Assembly (NCBI GenBank): GCA_030390025.1
Contig: CM059432.1
Coordinates: forward strand, 64,482,001-64,546,000
From: Squalus acanthias
Taxonomy: Eukaryota
Length of the DNA: 64,000 nucleotides
Direction of reading: 5' to 3'
Every line of letters starts with the position of its first letter. The first letter of the stretch is position 1. The position numbers and the translations under genes were made by a program. Of the stretch, positions 47,981-61,200 are shown one piece after another. The notes beneath the pieces were generated by a model. That model was not told the DNA's origin, ran no database searches, and saw nothing but the letters and a program-made list of their open reading frames with translations.

Positions 47981-50295
47981 CTCCCCCCCCCCCTCCCCGC
48001 CCACAGTCTTCATGAAAAAACGAATGTCAAACTTGTTTTATATATGGGAGGGAGAAGAGTTGTGCATCATGGTGATGTCATACTCAAGTGATGTACAGAG
48101 ATGGTTCAATGTGATCTATGTTACTGCATTGTATGTTTGCAAACAAGCTACAAGAGCTTTGCAAATTGTCTTAAAAACGGAACCCATTTAAAGTTTGTGA
48201 TTGTGGTGTACGTTATGGAGAGAACAAAATCCATGATCACAAATAAAAGCTGCAAATTATTATTTTCTAATATGCTGCAATCTTTTTAATGGCGACAAAT
48301 TTTAAAAGTGTCAGACTTTTATGACTTCTATCTGAAAACTACTGTTTAAATTCTTTAGATTTGGTGCTACTGAAATGATTGTAGTACCCTTAGAGTGCAG
48401 CACTTTGGAACATGGTATTTCACCCATTTTGTTTACAGCCAAGGTTCTGATACAAAAGAAACCATGACCCCAATGTACCTTTACAGTCATTCAAGATTAA
48501 TTGTTATACTGGTACCGATAATATCTTGGTAGAAATTAGCCCCGATTTTAACCTAATGCAGCCGGTGACAATGGGGATGCTTGATTTACGCCCAGTTTGA
48601 TTTTCGACTCCAATAAGCCAGTGGACCGTAAAATCGGGCAGGTTGTAAATTGGGTGCCCTTTTCTTGCAGAGTATGTTATATTAAAATTGAGGCTCAAAT
48701 TCCTTTGCATCTTTGCTACTCAGGCACACACCAGACGTGAGCATTTCTACCAAAAGGGCATTTAGTTCTTTTTGAATATCTGCTAAATGAAGCTGAAAAT
48801 TGATTAAAGTATGATACTGAGATTAGGCAACTTGCTTATGTTAAATGTTGAACATTAAATGTTCATTTAGAATAATATTTAATGAATTTGGAATGAATTT
48901 GTTATCATTAAATATTTTTACATATTCTAAGAAGCGTAACACAACTATGGACATCCACCCATTAAAGAGTGATTCTTTTCTATTTGATTCACAAATGGTA
49001 CACTTCAATAATGTATTTTTGGATAAAATCTTGTATCTTAGTCCTCATTACATAGTGCTTTACTCTGAAGAAATTTTCTTGTTTATACAACAGCCACTGC
49101 ACTTTAAAGTCATTCATTATGTGAAGAGCTTTTGAGATTTTTCTGAGAACTGTAATAATGTCCTATGTAAATACAAAACTTTTTACTTTCTTTTGTAACA
49201 TTGCATCTAACAACAATATTATGGGGATAAAAACAGAATAATTGTACTCAGAGATTTGATATCCATTGTATCTTTTGACTTTTCTCTCCTAGTGTACAGA
49301 ATCACCTCAAATCCACAAGGACACACATCCATTTTATAACCAGACTGAGAAGGTGGCAGACAGCTGACTTATTCTAAATCCCCCTTTAATGTTCAACACC
49401 TAACATAAGCTAGTTGGTAGGTGAAGTAGATGAAACCTGCCTCAGTTTACTTTGCTGACAAATTTTCTTCCTTCCCTGTGGGAAAACAAAATGCATTTTT
49501 CTTGCGATAAAGCTCACCCAGTTCCTAGAACAGGATTAAGAAACATGTCAAGCTTATCCTACACAACATTTCTGTCAAATCTTTTTATGTGAAATTATTG
49601 TTTTTCAACTTATAGCTTTCAACTGCTTTCTCAGATTTTTTCATTTTTGTTTATCATTACCAATCATCCCCAATACTGTAACTTAAACTGCTACAAAAGA
49701 AGCATTCCTAATATTAATTCCGAACTATAGATTTTCACAAAATATATTCTACCTTGAACCCATGACTTTCTGAAGAGCATCACTAACTGTAACAAAAATA
49801 CAGGCCTCAAAATGACCTGGGCCTCATCCCTGGCACTTATGCTGGGATTGGGCCTGCTTTCCAGTACTGATCCTGCGGGAGTATGCAGAGTCAGGGATAG
49901 AGGACCTAATTTACATGGAGCTAGTGAGTGGATGATCCATTACAGGCACATCTCAGCGAGAGTTGACAGGCAAGCTGCCTGCCTCACGATACCAGAGAAT
50001 GCAACGTTGGTTCTGGGCTGGGGGTGCTCCCCCTCCCACAGGGGGCGAGATGGTAAAATTCAGCTCTGTGATTTTTGGAGCGCTACTGCCTTGTTCCTGC
50101 TGGACGGAGGCCGTGAAAATCGGCCTCAATGTTTTATAATGAAGTAGATGTGGTGTGATGGTAACGCTGACATAATTGGGATAATTAATTATTTTGTAGT
50201 TGTCTGAGCTCATGTGTTTAATGGCTATTTTAAAATACATTTCATGTATTTAGACAACATTTATATTAATTTGAGGGTGGTGTGATTGGGCTAAA

Positions 50296-51895
50296 GACAA
50301 TTATAGAGGATGTACGAGAAAGGCTGGGTATGCTTAGAGTGGACAAGTCACCTGGTCCAGATGGCTTGCATCCTAGGTTGCTAAAGGAATTGGGGGAGGA
50401 GATAGCGGAAGGGCTTGCCATAATTTGCCAATCTTCCCTAGATGCAGGGGAGGTGCCTGAGGATTGGAAAGTGGCAAATGTGACACCATTTTTCAAGAAA
50501 GGGTGTAAGGACAATCCTAGTAACTACAGGCCGGTCAGTTTCACATCAGTGGTGGGTAAAGTTTTAGAAACAATAATCAAGGAAAAAATTAACGGGCACT
50601 TGCAGAGGTTTAAGCTAATTAAGGAGAGCCAACATGGATTTGTAAAAGGCAGATCGTGGTTGACTAATCTAAATGATTTTTTGATGAAGTAACAGAGAGG
50701 ATTGATGAAGGGAATGCAATGGATGTTGTCTACATGGATTTTAGGAAGGCGTTTGTCAAAGTACCACATAGAAGGCTGGTTAACAAAATTGAGGCTCATG
50801 GAATAGGTGGGTCAGTGGCAGCTTGGTAAGGAATTGGCTTAAGGACAGAAAACAGCGAGTTGTGGTAAATGGCTGTTTTTCAGACTGGAGGATGGTAGAC
50901 AGTGGTGTTCCCAAGGGTCAGTGCTGGGGCCACTGCTTTTTTGATATATATATAAATGACCTGGATATTGGAATACAGAGTAGAATTTCTAAATTTGCCG
51001 ATGACACCAAACTTGGGGGTGTGGCAAACAGCGATGATGATACCAATCGACTGCAACAGGACATAGAAAGGCTAGCAGAATGGGCAGACAAGTGGCAGAT
51101 GGAATTTAATACAGAGAAGTGTGAGGTGATGCATTTTGTCAGAAGGAACAGGGAGAGGCAATATACACTTAATGGCACAGTTTTACAGAGTGTGCAGGGA
51201 CAGAGGGACCTGGGAGTTAATGTGCATAGGTCCCTGAAGGTGGCAGGACATATTGAGAGAATGGTTAACAAAGCATATGGGATCTTGGGCTTCATAAAGA
51301 GAGGTATTGAGAACAAAAGTAGAGAAGTTATGCTGAACCTTTATAAAGCGCTGGTTAGGCCACAACTGGAGTATTGCATCCAGTTCTGGTCACCACACTT
51401 TAGGAAGGATGTGAAGGCCCTTGAGAGGGTGCAGAGGAGATTTACCAGAATGGTTCTGGGGATGGGGGATCTTAGCTGTAAGGACAGGTTGGAGAAGCTG
51501 GATTTGTTTTCATTAGAGCAAAGGAGGTTGAGGAGTGATTTGATAGAGGTGTACAAGATTATGACGGGTTTGGATAGTTTAGACGGGGAAAGGCTGTTCC
51601 CACTAGTTGATGGTACAAGGACTGGGGACACAGATTTAAGGTTTTGGGCAAGAGATACAGGGGGGATGTGAGGAAAAACTTTTTTACGCAGCAAGTGGTG
51701 ATGACCTGGAATTCGCTGCTGACGGAAGCGGAGACACTCCATGTTTTCAAGGGGAGACTGGATAGGCACTTGAGGGAAATAAACTTGCAGGGCTATGGAG
51801 ATAGAGCGGGGGAATGGGACTGACTGGATTGCTCTACAGAGAGCTGGCGTGGACTCGATGGGCCGAATGGCCTCCTTCTGTGCCGTTATGACTCA
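50296..51895 (+). mobile_element. CR1 LINE, 5'-truncated RT region plus 3' end
   Basis: ORFs 50282..50692 and 50823..51671: KSPGPDGLHPR, NYRPVS, FADDTKL, LVRPQLEYC. Confidence 0.93.
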
Positions 51896-52583
51896 ATTTA
51901 TGGCTGTTCTACTGTCAAATTCTGATTTTATGTACTTATTTAGTTAATTAATTAACTGGTGATTGGCCCATTGGTATTTAGGGCAGACTTATTTAATTTA
52001 TTGATTGGTAGTTTGTGCTGAACCCTGATTGTATCTATTGAGGGAACATTCATTTAATTGATTGACAGATTCCCTATGGAGGCTGATTGTATTCATTGAG
52101 AATGTATATATTGAATTTATTAATTTGAGGCGGAAAGCATGCTCTGTGATGGAATTTTTGGAGGCCTGATTTATATTTATTTATTAGTTGGATTGCCGCT
52201 TGCTCTGAAGCAATCTTTGAAGGCCTGACTCATTTGTTTCCTGGCTGAAGCCCAGCTCACTGCGAAGCCTGATGGAGGTTTTGCAGGGCAGAATTATTGA
52301 TTTGGTAGTTGAAGACCATGCAGCCCAAAGCCCAGTACAACTTTTGGAGGCTGGAATTATTTCTTTATTTCAAAGCTGGAGCGCCGCTGGCTCTGAAGGC
52401 CCATGAGATTTTCAGTGGTTCCATTTATTCAAGCAGGAGTAAAGTTTTCATGTAAGCGCAATGATGGGGCTGACTCCAGTGTGGAAGCTGAAGCACCGAC
52501 TGGGCAGGAAGGCCACTCGATGAAAGGGAAGGTTTTGAGTTCGGGAATGGGCTGTCGCAGCAGCTTGGGTGGTTTTTAAAATG

Positions 52584-53055
52584 TATTTATTCATTCACAG
52601 GATGTGGGCGTCACTGGCAAGGCCAGCATTTATTGCCCATCCTTAATTGCCCTTGAGAAGGTGATGATGAGCCGCCTTCTTGAACCGCTGCAGTCCATGT
52701 GGTGAAGGTTCTCCCACAGTGCTGACTTTGTCGTATACAACTGAATAGCTTTCTCAGCCTTTTCAGAGGGCAGTTAAGAGTCAACCACACTGGAGTCACA
52801 TATAGGCCAGACCAGGTAAGGACGGCAGATTTCCTTCCCTAAAGGACATTAGTGAACCAGATGGGTTTTATCTGACAATCTGGTAGTTTCATGCTCACTA
52901 ATACTAGCTTTCTTAATTCTAAATTTATTTAATTAACTGAATTTAAATTCACCCAGCAGCCATGGTGGGATTTGAACTCCCGTTTCATGGATCATTAGTT
53001 CAGGTCTAGCATGGATTACTAGTCCAGTAACATAACCACTATGCTAGCATACCCC
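52584..53055 (-). mobile_element. SINE-like non-autonomous derivative of LINE family B: tRNA-derived head fused to the family-B 3' tail
   Basis: 52730-53055 matches 10185-10467; 52600-52724 matches 30999-31115; A box TAGCATAGTGG (53036-53046), B box GTTCAAATCC (52968-52977). Confidence 0.88.
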
Positions 53056-54624
53056 AAGCTGCAAAGGAAGGAATAACTGAGTGCCACAGAAGGCAGGCAG
53101 CAGCAGTGGTGTGACAGCAGGGACAGGAAAAGCAGAGGATGGCTGGGAAAGGCCCAACAGGGCACAGGGACACGGCCACCAGTAAGAGAAAGAGAAGCAG
53201 GGCTGCAGGGAAGGAGATCAGGAGGCAACGGTGGGGAAGCTCAGAAAGCTCAAAGGGCTGACTGTCAGCAAAAGGCTTGAGGCTGACAGCAGGAGACTGA
53301 AAAAAGGTAATAAAAATAAATAAGATGAAAAATAAAAGTTAAGTGAAAGAAATTTAATACAAAAATACCCAAAACTTGCATCCGCATCAAACAAAAAACA
53401 ATATGACTAACAGATGGAGAGAGCTAGGAAACTAGTCTACAGTTTCATCAGCTAGCGAGAGCCTTCAACTACACTGTGACAGGCTACTGTTTACATCGGA
53501 AATGTTTACATCGTTATATCATGTTTTTCCATTGTAAATGTTTACATACTGATTTTCAATGTGAAACGTTGACATTAAAAGCATTACTCAGATTGGTGAT
53601 GCAGGAAGCAATGTTTGTAGACAGGAAATGTGCCATATGCAAGATTTTAAATTATTTATACATTGTAATCCATAATACATTCGAAATCTTAAATCTGTGC
53701 ACACTTCCTGTCTTCAAAGTCATACTTTCTGTTGTCACGGTTTTACCACACTTTCATGTCAAAGTTTCTATGTGCACATTAATAATGGAAACTACCTATG
53801 TAATCTGTAAACTTGTCGCACTGTGATCATACCCTCCCACAAGTGGCGGTGCTGTAGTGCTTCAATTTGCATCTCAGCTTCTCAGCCTATACTGCAGAGA
53901 AACTCTTGTGTCTAACCAACTCTACTTCTCAGATTCCCAAAGAGCTGTATGTTTTATTATGTGACTACAAATGTAATAATATAAAGCCTAAGTATTAGAT
54001 GAAAATAAGGATGGAGTATGAATTTAAAGATTAAATTATGTCTGCACACTCTAATCCAATATTCTCCCACCCTCCAATTCCACTTCACTTGAAGACTACA
54101 TTGATTAGTAATCTCATAAATCGATCAAGTATTGGAAATAGTGGCTGTGAAATTCGGCCCCTTAGCGCCAGTTGATAAGTCCGCTTTCGGTGAAAAAATG
54201 GTGGCCGCCTCGCTTCCGCCCACTTATGGCAGGTCCTGTGGTGGCGCCCATTTTGGACAGATCAGCAGCAGCCGTCGGCTGCGCTCGCTGGAGAATTGGT
54301 AATGAGGCAGATTGTGATGTCAATGACTGTGCCACGCTGATTTAATGCACAACCTGCCATTTTCGACATCGCCATTCCATTCAATGCCCTCTCCAAATCA
54401 CAAACAGCTGAACAGGCGTTCAGCAGCAGGAGGACCCCCACCAGTGCTATTTAAAGGAACAAATTGCAGCTGACTTGCTTTTTGATTTGTACTGACTTTC
54501 TAGAGTTTCTAAACAGATTTCTAGAGTTGTTTAAAGTTGGTGAGGTGACAGGGAGTGTTGCTCCAAGTGGAGAATGCCTTGCTTCTGATTTCAAGGGTTC
54601 TGCTCATACCACTTGCTCCCAGTC

Positions 54625-55765
54625 ATGGGGACTCTACTTGCAGTCCCCCTTGCGCTTGAGTATGACAGGGAAATGGAGTAGAGGCAGCGAAGAAGAGGAC
54701 AACATGCTCGCAGAGGGAGGAGGAGGAGGGCTCTCAGCAGGAAGCCTTACCCACCTAGGGTCTTCAGGGAGCACTTCTTCAACCTGCACTTAAGCCAGGA
54801 GCAGTGTATTAGGAGGCTCTGCTTCACCAAGGAGGTGGTCACAGAACTTTGCCACCTCCTGGAACCAGACCTGCAGCCTTAGAGCAGAGCGATGACAGAG
54901 CTGCCTTTGGCCCTCAAGGTCACCATGGCCCTCAATTCTTTCGCCACTGGATCCTTTTAGTCTGGAGCAGGAAACATAGCTAACATCTCCCAATTTGCTG
55001 TCCATCACTGCAATCGGGAGGTCACAGAGGCTCTGTACTCCAGGAGAAGGGGCTTCATTGTCTTCTCTCTTAAGAGAGAGAAGCAGGAGGAGTGCACATG
55101 TGGCTTTAGTATCGGGCTTTCTCATGGTGCAGGGTGCCATCGACTGCATACTCGTGGCTTTTGCGAGCACCACATAATCAATCCTGAGATGTATTGCAAC
55201 CACAAAGGCTACCACTAACTTAATGTGCAGTTGGTGTGCGACCACGCCCAGCACATCATGATGGTGAATGCCTGGTATCCTGGTAGCAGTCATGATGCCT
55301 TCATCCAGTGACAGACCGATGTGCCAGCAATCTTCCAGCCACCACGTCAAACTCGAGGGTGGCTGCTTGGAGACAAGAGCTTTCCACTCTACACCTGGCT
55401 GATGACTCCCCTCCACAACCCCACAACTCGTGGCCAGCGCTCATATAATGAGAGCCCTGCTGCCATGAGGAACCTTATCGAGCAGATCATCGGGGTTCTG
55501 CTGCCATGACCCGTCGGGAGGAGCCCTCCAATACACGCCAGGGTGGGTGTCCCATTTCATGGTGGTCTTCTGCATCCTCCACAAGTTGGCCATCATGAGG
55601 GCGCAGCCCTTTCCACCCAGGGTTCTGGGACCACCTCAGGAGGAAGAGGAGCAGGAGGAAGAGGAGAAGGAGGAAGAGGAGGAGGATGAACGGAGGAGGC
55701 AGACAGCAGATCCCTGTTCCAGACAGGATGTCCGTGAACACCTCATAAGACTCCGGTTCCAATGA
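54625..55765 (+). pseudogene. Harbinger (HARBI1-like, DDE_Tnp_4) transposase pseudogene
   Basis: KVTMALNSFATGSF, VQGAIDC, LNVQLVCD, YPGSSHDAFI, GWLLGDKSFPL, RNLIEQIIGVL, FCILHKLAI, acidic tail; several stops and frameshifts. Confidence 0.9.
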
Positions 55766-55919
55766 ATGAAACCCTAGATCCCCGTTGCTCACCACGTCCC
55801 CAACTTACCGTCCCTCTGTCATGGAACATCACAACATCTTCCTGGGCACAAATGAAATGAGAGCCACCACAAAACAAACATAATTTATAAATTTATCAAT
55901 TCCAACACAACACACGTCA

Positions 55920-57430
55920 ACTAATCACCCTTTTGCATTCCCTTAGTGTCTTACTTTTGTGTTCCATTGCCTACTCTACTGCTTCTATGAAGTGCTACCC
56001 CAATGGCTGCACCATGGCTGGTGGAAGGCTGCTGATTTTCCATGGGTGAGACTGCAGATGGACTTGCAGGATGACCTTGAGCAGCTCTGGGCCTAGAAGG
56101 GCTGACTGTAGACTGCACCACCTCGGCATGGGTGGCAGCAGTCTGGGCTGGCTGGTGACAGGCAGGAGCAGGGTCACTGGCGGAGTGGCAGTGGTGGGAG
56201 TAGGAATGTTGTCATCCTGAGAGAGGACAGCAAGTTCTTGCTCCACTGACCCACTGCCACTCCCATGGGGCAGCGCATCAACATTCCTAGCCATCTGTTG
56301 GAGCACAGATTGCTGGCCTGCTGTGAGACGCTCCAACCCCTTTCCACAATCGTAAACCCAGCCATAATGGTAGCAGTCTGATCTTGCATGGCAGCAAGCT
56401 GAGACTGCATGACAGCAGTCTGAGCCTCTACTGCAGCACTCAGACATTGGGTCACTTCCGCTTGTGCTGCAATGGAACCTGCGAGATCGGCCATCATGCC
56501 CAGCATCATGGTTGGGTCCACAAGTGTCTTAATGGAGTTACCCATCATTACCATCCTGGAAATCATGGACTCCAAGCTCCGCGCAAAACCCCGTGTTGGA
56601 GCCGGACTCCTCCATGCTCCTTGACACTGACACGAGGCTCTCTGGGAGGCTTGCCATTGCACCAAGCATTTCCGAGTGCATGGCCATCACCCTTCTTCTG
56701 AAGGCTGCCCCATCGAGGTCATCATTTGAGGCCTGTGCAGCAAAACTCGTGTGCAAACTCGCCCTCCGAGGAGCTGGCACCCGAGCTACCCTTTCCCCCT
56801 GGCCTGGCTGCAGTGGGGACTCACCATGTGAAAATCCCGCCTCTATACTGCCCTTCAAAGTCTGCGCAGGTGTGAGATGTGGGTGTGAGTCTTGCAGCAG
56901 TGGTGAGTTTGTGAGGGTGAGATGAAGCTATGATTGTGAGGTGTGATACTTGGATATGCAGTTGAAGTACCGTAACCTACAGGGCTATGGACCAAGAGCT
57001 GGAAAGTGAGATTAGGCTGGATAGCTCAGACATGATGGGCCAAATTGTCTTCTTCTGTGCCGTAAATTTCTATGATTCTATTCTATGAGTGGTGATTGCT
57101 AGAGATTGTTGGTAGGTAAGTGATGGGGGTGTGGTGTGAGGTTAGTGCTGCAATTTGTGGGATATGGTATTTGAAGATGCATTCACTCACCTTGACCACT
57201 CGTGTGAGGTCATTAAACTTCTTGCAGCACTTGCTCCAGGTCCTGGAGACAACACTCGTGGCACTGACAGCTTTGCTGTTTCCTCCCACAGCCTTCTGCC
57301 ATGCTGCCTGGAAGGCCTGCTGCCCTCGCTGCGGGTAGAGGACCTCACATCGTCTGTGGACCCCCAGGAGCAAGGCCTCCAGTGCCGCATCAGAAACCCT
57401 CCTTGCCCGCTGTCTTCCCTGTTGGGCCAT
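55920..57430 (-). pseudogene. Harbinger accessory Myb/SANT-like DNA-binding protein pseudogene (spliced; exon 1 ~57430-57191, coiled-coil-rich C-terminal exon ~56870-55920)
   Basis: RVSDAALEALL...VLYP...LWEE...VSATSVVSRTWSKCCKKFNDL followed by an AAG|GTGAGT donor; heptad-like Ala/Gln/Met-rich fragments in ORFs 56538..56858, 56174..56665, 55995..56447. Confidence 0.8.
56950..57087 (+). mobile_element. Short CR1 3' end inserted in the Harbinger Myb-gene intron
   Basis: Matches the reverse complement of 16665-16800; ttctatgattctattctatg tail. Confidence 0.75.
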
Positions 57431-58635
57431 GACTTCATCCGGACTGACAATGAGGTGTTTCTGCAACAAAGGATCTCCCCTTTAAGTAGTACAATGGTCC
57501 TGGGCCAAATTTTATTGGACAGTAGACTGCACCTGATATTGGCACCCCCTGTTCAGTGCTAAGCCAACCAGCAGCGAGTTAGCACTGAGATCAGCGCTCC
57601 AATCATTCTAATGAGCCGGTAGCACGAATTATGCGTGCTGCCTGCACCACTTTGAACGGGCGCGGGCACATTGCGCTTCTCGCTCCAATTTCACCCCCTA
57701 CAATGCCAATATTGCCATTCCCAAAAGTCACCCCTCAGCACTCATGCTATATAAGGCCACAGCACCTTGTTTGCTTGAATCCTATAAGGATCATTTTGTA
57801 CACTGACTTGAACAAGCATTCTGTTGTCATAATCATTTACAATTTCAACTGCTAGTCTGATCTAAAGCCCAGTGTCACAGAACAAAATAGAAATAACATC
57901 CTCAGCAATGAACTTCTGAGCCTTTATGAATAAATGTCTAGAAATCTTTGAGTTCTATGGAATGCAATTATCTAATCCTAACCTCATTTGCCCTCAATTC
58001 TTTACCTTTTGAATTCAAGTTTTATATATGGTAATACATCATGTTCATTTGTAATGTGAAAAAAATACATTTCAGCTTAATAAATAGACTATATACTAGA
58101 ATTAAATGATAATAACTCTTGAGGAAAGTGCTTTAAATCTCAAGTGTGCTTCATGCAATAAATTTAATAAATATTCACAATAAAATCAAATGTCCCATTT
58201 AATTGACTTTATGTTAGCTTCACTGGGCATATTAAACTATATTGTTTTTAAATTTTGTATTGTGAACCTGTAGAAGTGAAAGTGAATAATACTGATTCCA
58301 AGGCAGATGGATACTCAGTTTGTATCTATCAATCCTAAAAGTACCTCGTTCAGTATTTAGTCCAAGCATGTCCTGAATTGGACAGTATCAAATTTTGTCT
58401 TACATGTGGAACCTAATTTGAAGTGAGGCTAAAAATCCTGTTCTCTGCAGCATAATTTATTTTGCTATATTTTCTCCGCATCCTCTATTAACATGCACAC
58501 CATCAGATTAAATTGAGAGAGTATGGTACTCTTGCTTTTAAGTATGCTGTTGATACCACTTCTGTTGACTTGCTAGGTTGCACACCTGAAGGCTACCCAG
58601 ACTTTTCCAACCAAGAACTTCATTTGTAGACACTA

Positions 58636-58918
58636 GGGCTGGATTTTGTCTTGGGGTCGGGTTGGGGTCGTGTAATCCGCATTTCGTGTTTCCCCCCCGA
58701 CTCCAGATTAATGTGGGTGCCTGATGCAATGTTCACTTAATTGGGCAATTAAATTGGAGCATGTGGGAACCCATGAACTAATTAGTGTTTTCAGTCTGAA
58801 ACCCGCCTCTGATGATGTCATCAGTACTGACTGCCTAGTCTCAGAGACTGTTGGTGAGAGAGGGGTTGCCTGGCTTATGATGTGAGTGGACCTGGATGAT
58901 GCAGAAATGGGGGTGGGG

Positions 58919-58959
<41 letters not shown>

Positions 58960-59418
58960 TTTTTTTGCCAAGTAAGTCCTCCCAGGCAGTCTCTTAAGAC
59001 ATTCAATGCAGCAGCGTCAGAGGCAATGTTCAGACCTAATACTACTAGCACCACTACCACCTTCATCACATCTGCGTTGTAATAGTGGACTTGCAGCCGA
59101 AAGTCAGCTATCCACTTGTGCTCCCGCCAGGTTTTCACTGGAGTGTTTCAGACCAGGCGTGCTTCACGTCAGAAGAGGGTTAAACTAGCAACAGCATTTC
59201 AAAATCGCATTACAGAGCCAATTTAGAGCTTGTTAAGGGCTTTAATGGCCTCTCCCGCCTCTTGGAGGCGGGACGGAATCGGGAACCCCGCGACTGATTA
59301 TGTCAAAATTGCGTGGAGGCGGGATGGAGTCGGGATAGGGTCGGAAACCCCGACCCCGCAAATTTAACCCCCCACACGCCTCCAAACCCGACTCCATGGG
59401 TCATTCAAAATCCAGCCC
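58636..59418. mobile_element. Harbinger-type MITE containing a (GA)n microsatellite at ~58922-58954
   Basis: Perfect inverted termini TAGGGCTGGATTTTG / CAAAATCCAGCCCTA; same TIR core as 12700-13369. Confidence 0.78.
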
Positions 59419-60744
59419 TATGGAAGCATTTGTATGAATGTCAACCAAGTCTAGTCTCCCAATTCAAAGTTTTCAAGTGTTTTTTTACAGAATTGGGTTT
59501 TTAGCAGTGAGAAGAAGAACCGTATAATCAAAATAATTGATGAATGGCGATGCTGCAAGCACTAGTTTTACGCAGCACTGCACAAATGATCCATTCATCA
59601 AACCATTCTCTTCTGTTAGTATCAGTCCATTGAAAATTGGTGGGAGTCTTGGCAAAGATAGCTCACTTGGTAGACTTCACCATGACCATTTTGCCTAAAA
59701 AGGATAAAGTCAAAAGATGAATTCTCTGAGAGCTAACAGCTGGATGCATCCGACGTAAATGTACATTACCTTACTCCCAGGCCAGATCACTGCCTCGGCA
59801 GAGGCCTCGCCCAGAAAACATTGTTTCATGCCCTAACAAAAATAAACAGTGCATTGCTTTAGGATTGCATGTGGGGCTCACCAGGAGTGCAGATTGAGAA
59901 ATTGGGGGAGCAATTTCCAGAGTATGCTTATGTAAAATGAACCTGTGATATTATGCACACACCTGAACCTACGATTTTCCAGTTTGAACAGTGCATTGTC
60001 AGCGCACTATAGCTCTTGCACTAGGGGGTCTACCAATCAGACTGTGACTGCAATTTTTCATTAAATGATACTTTAAGTAGACATTTAAGAACCTGCAGAA
60101 GTGACAGTGAATAATACTCTGATTACATGGCATGCTGATATTCAGTTTGTATCGATCAATCCTATATGTACCTCGTATTTACATCATATATTTTCTCCAA
60201 GCTGACTGTGCTGCATCCATACCACAGCAGGGCCGTGATTGTACCTGTGCTCCAACTCTGTATGTGGGTGGTACAAAGGTATTTTAACAGCTCTGTCACC
60301 AAAGGTGGAGCAGAGGGAGTGGGAATACACAGAAGGCCAAAATCAGTGGAATTTTATATGCTATTTTGTGAATTGGCCAACATTGTTCTCTCAACCATCA
60401 TCACCAAAACCAGATTATCTGGTCATTCATCTCATTTGCTGTTTGTGGGACCTTATTGTGTGCAAGTTAGTTGCTATATTTGCCTAGATAACAACAGTGA
60501 CTGTACTGCAAAAGTGATCTGTTGGTTGTAAATCACTTTGGGACTTACTGTAGAAATGAGAAGGTGCTATATAAATGTAAGTTCATTGTTTCTTTCGTTG
60601 TAGCGGATACTTTTTACAGTGCATTAGTGTGACCATCTGCTTTGATAACTTTATCTTCTGCAACAGAACTTCTGAAATGGCTTCCTTCTTGAGAAACTTT
60701 GTGAAGATATGGATGGAGAACTGGCAAGTGTTTCGTAACTTTAT

Positions 60745-61200
60745 TTTATGAATATACCAGTGAGCTGAGCGTTGTGCCCTCCTTGGTCTGCCAGCTGGCT
60801 GCTGGCTCTCCTGTTCCACCTCCTCTCCTCTTGTGCACCCTCCTCATTCTGTGGGGCTGCAGGTGCTTCCTCCACTTCACCATCATCACCAATACCTTCA
60901 GGTTCTAGAAGCAGCAAGCCTTTTTTCATGGCAATGTTATGAAGCATGCAACATGGTGCATGATGCTGGAGACTCTGGCTGGGCTGCATCAGAGTGTTGC
61001 ACTCAATTTATCCAGGTACCGAAGACATAATGCCAATGTTATATGTCATTTCTTGTAGTTGCATGACTCTCGTTATATCTATTCTCCCTGTCTGTCTGGA
61101 AACCTCGGTGGACACATCAGCTGTGAGTGGAGGGGATAGCCCTGCATAGCAATTAACCACCTTGATATATGGCCTTGGGTCATGAGGGCTCGAATGGTGG
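60745..61200 (-). pseudogene. Highly decayed Harbinger transposase C-terminal remnant
   Basis: WLI...GYPL, RYNESHATTRN, CCMLHNIAMK followed by an acidic tail (ORF 60741..60989). Confidence 0.72.

Larger units (their letters stand above)
54143..57698. mobile_element. Decayed autonomous-type PIF/Harbinger transposon with convergent transposase and Myb/SANT genes
   Basis: Termini GGCTGTGAAATT / AATTTCACCCCC (10/12 inverted match); two convergent pseudogenes; no clean TSD seen. Confidence 0.88.

Noticed and set aside
51940..52400. Loosely periodic ggctgatt...tatttatt motifs
   Set aside because: Too degenerate to define a unit or family by eye.
54625..55765. Domesticated HARBI1 gene
   Set aside because: Multiple stops and frameshifts, and it sits inside TIRs with a Myb partner; a dead transposon copy.
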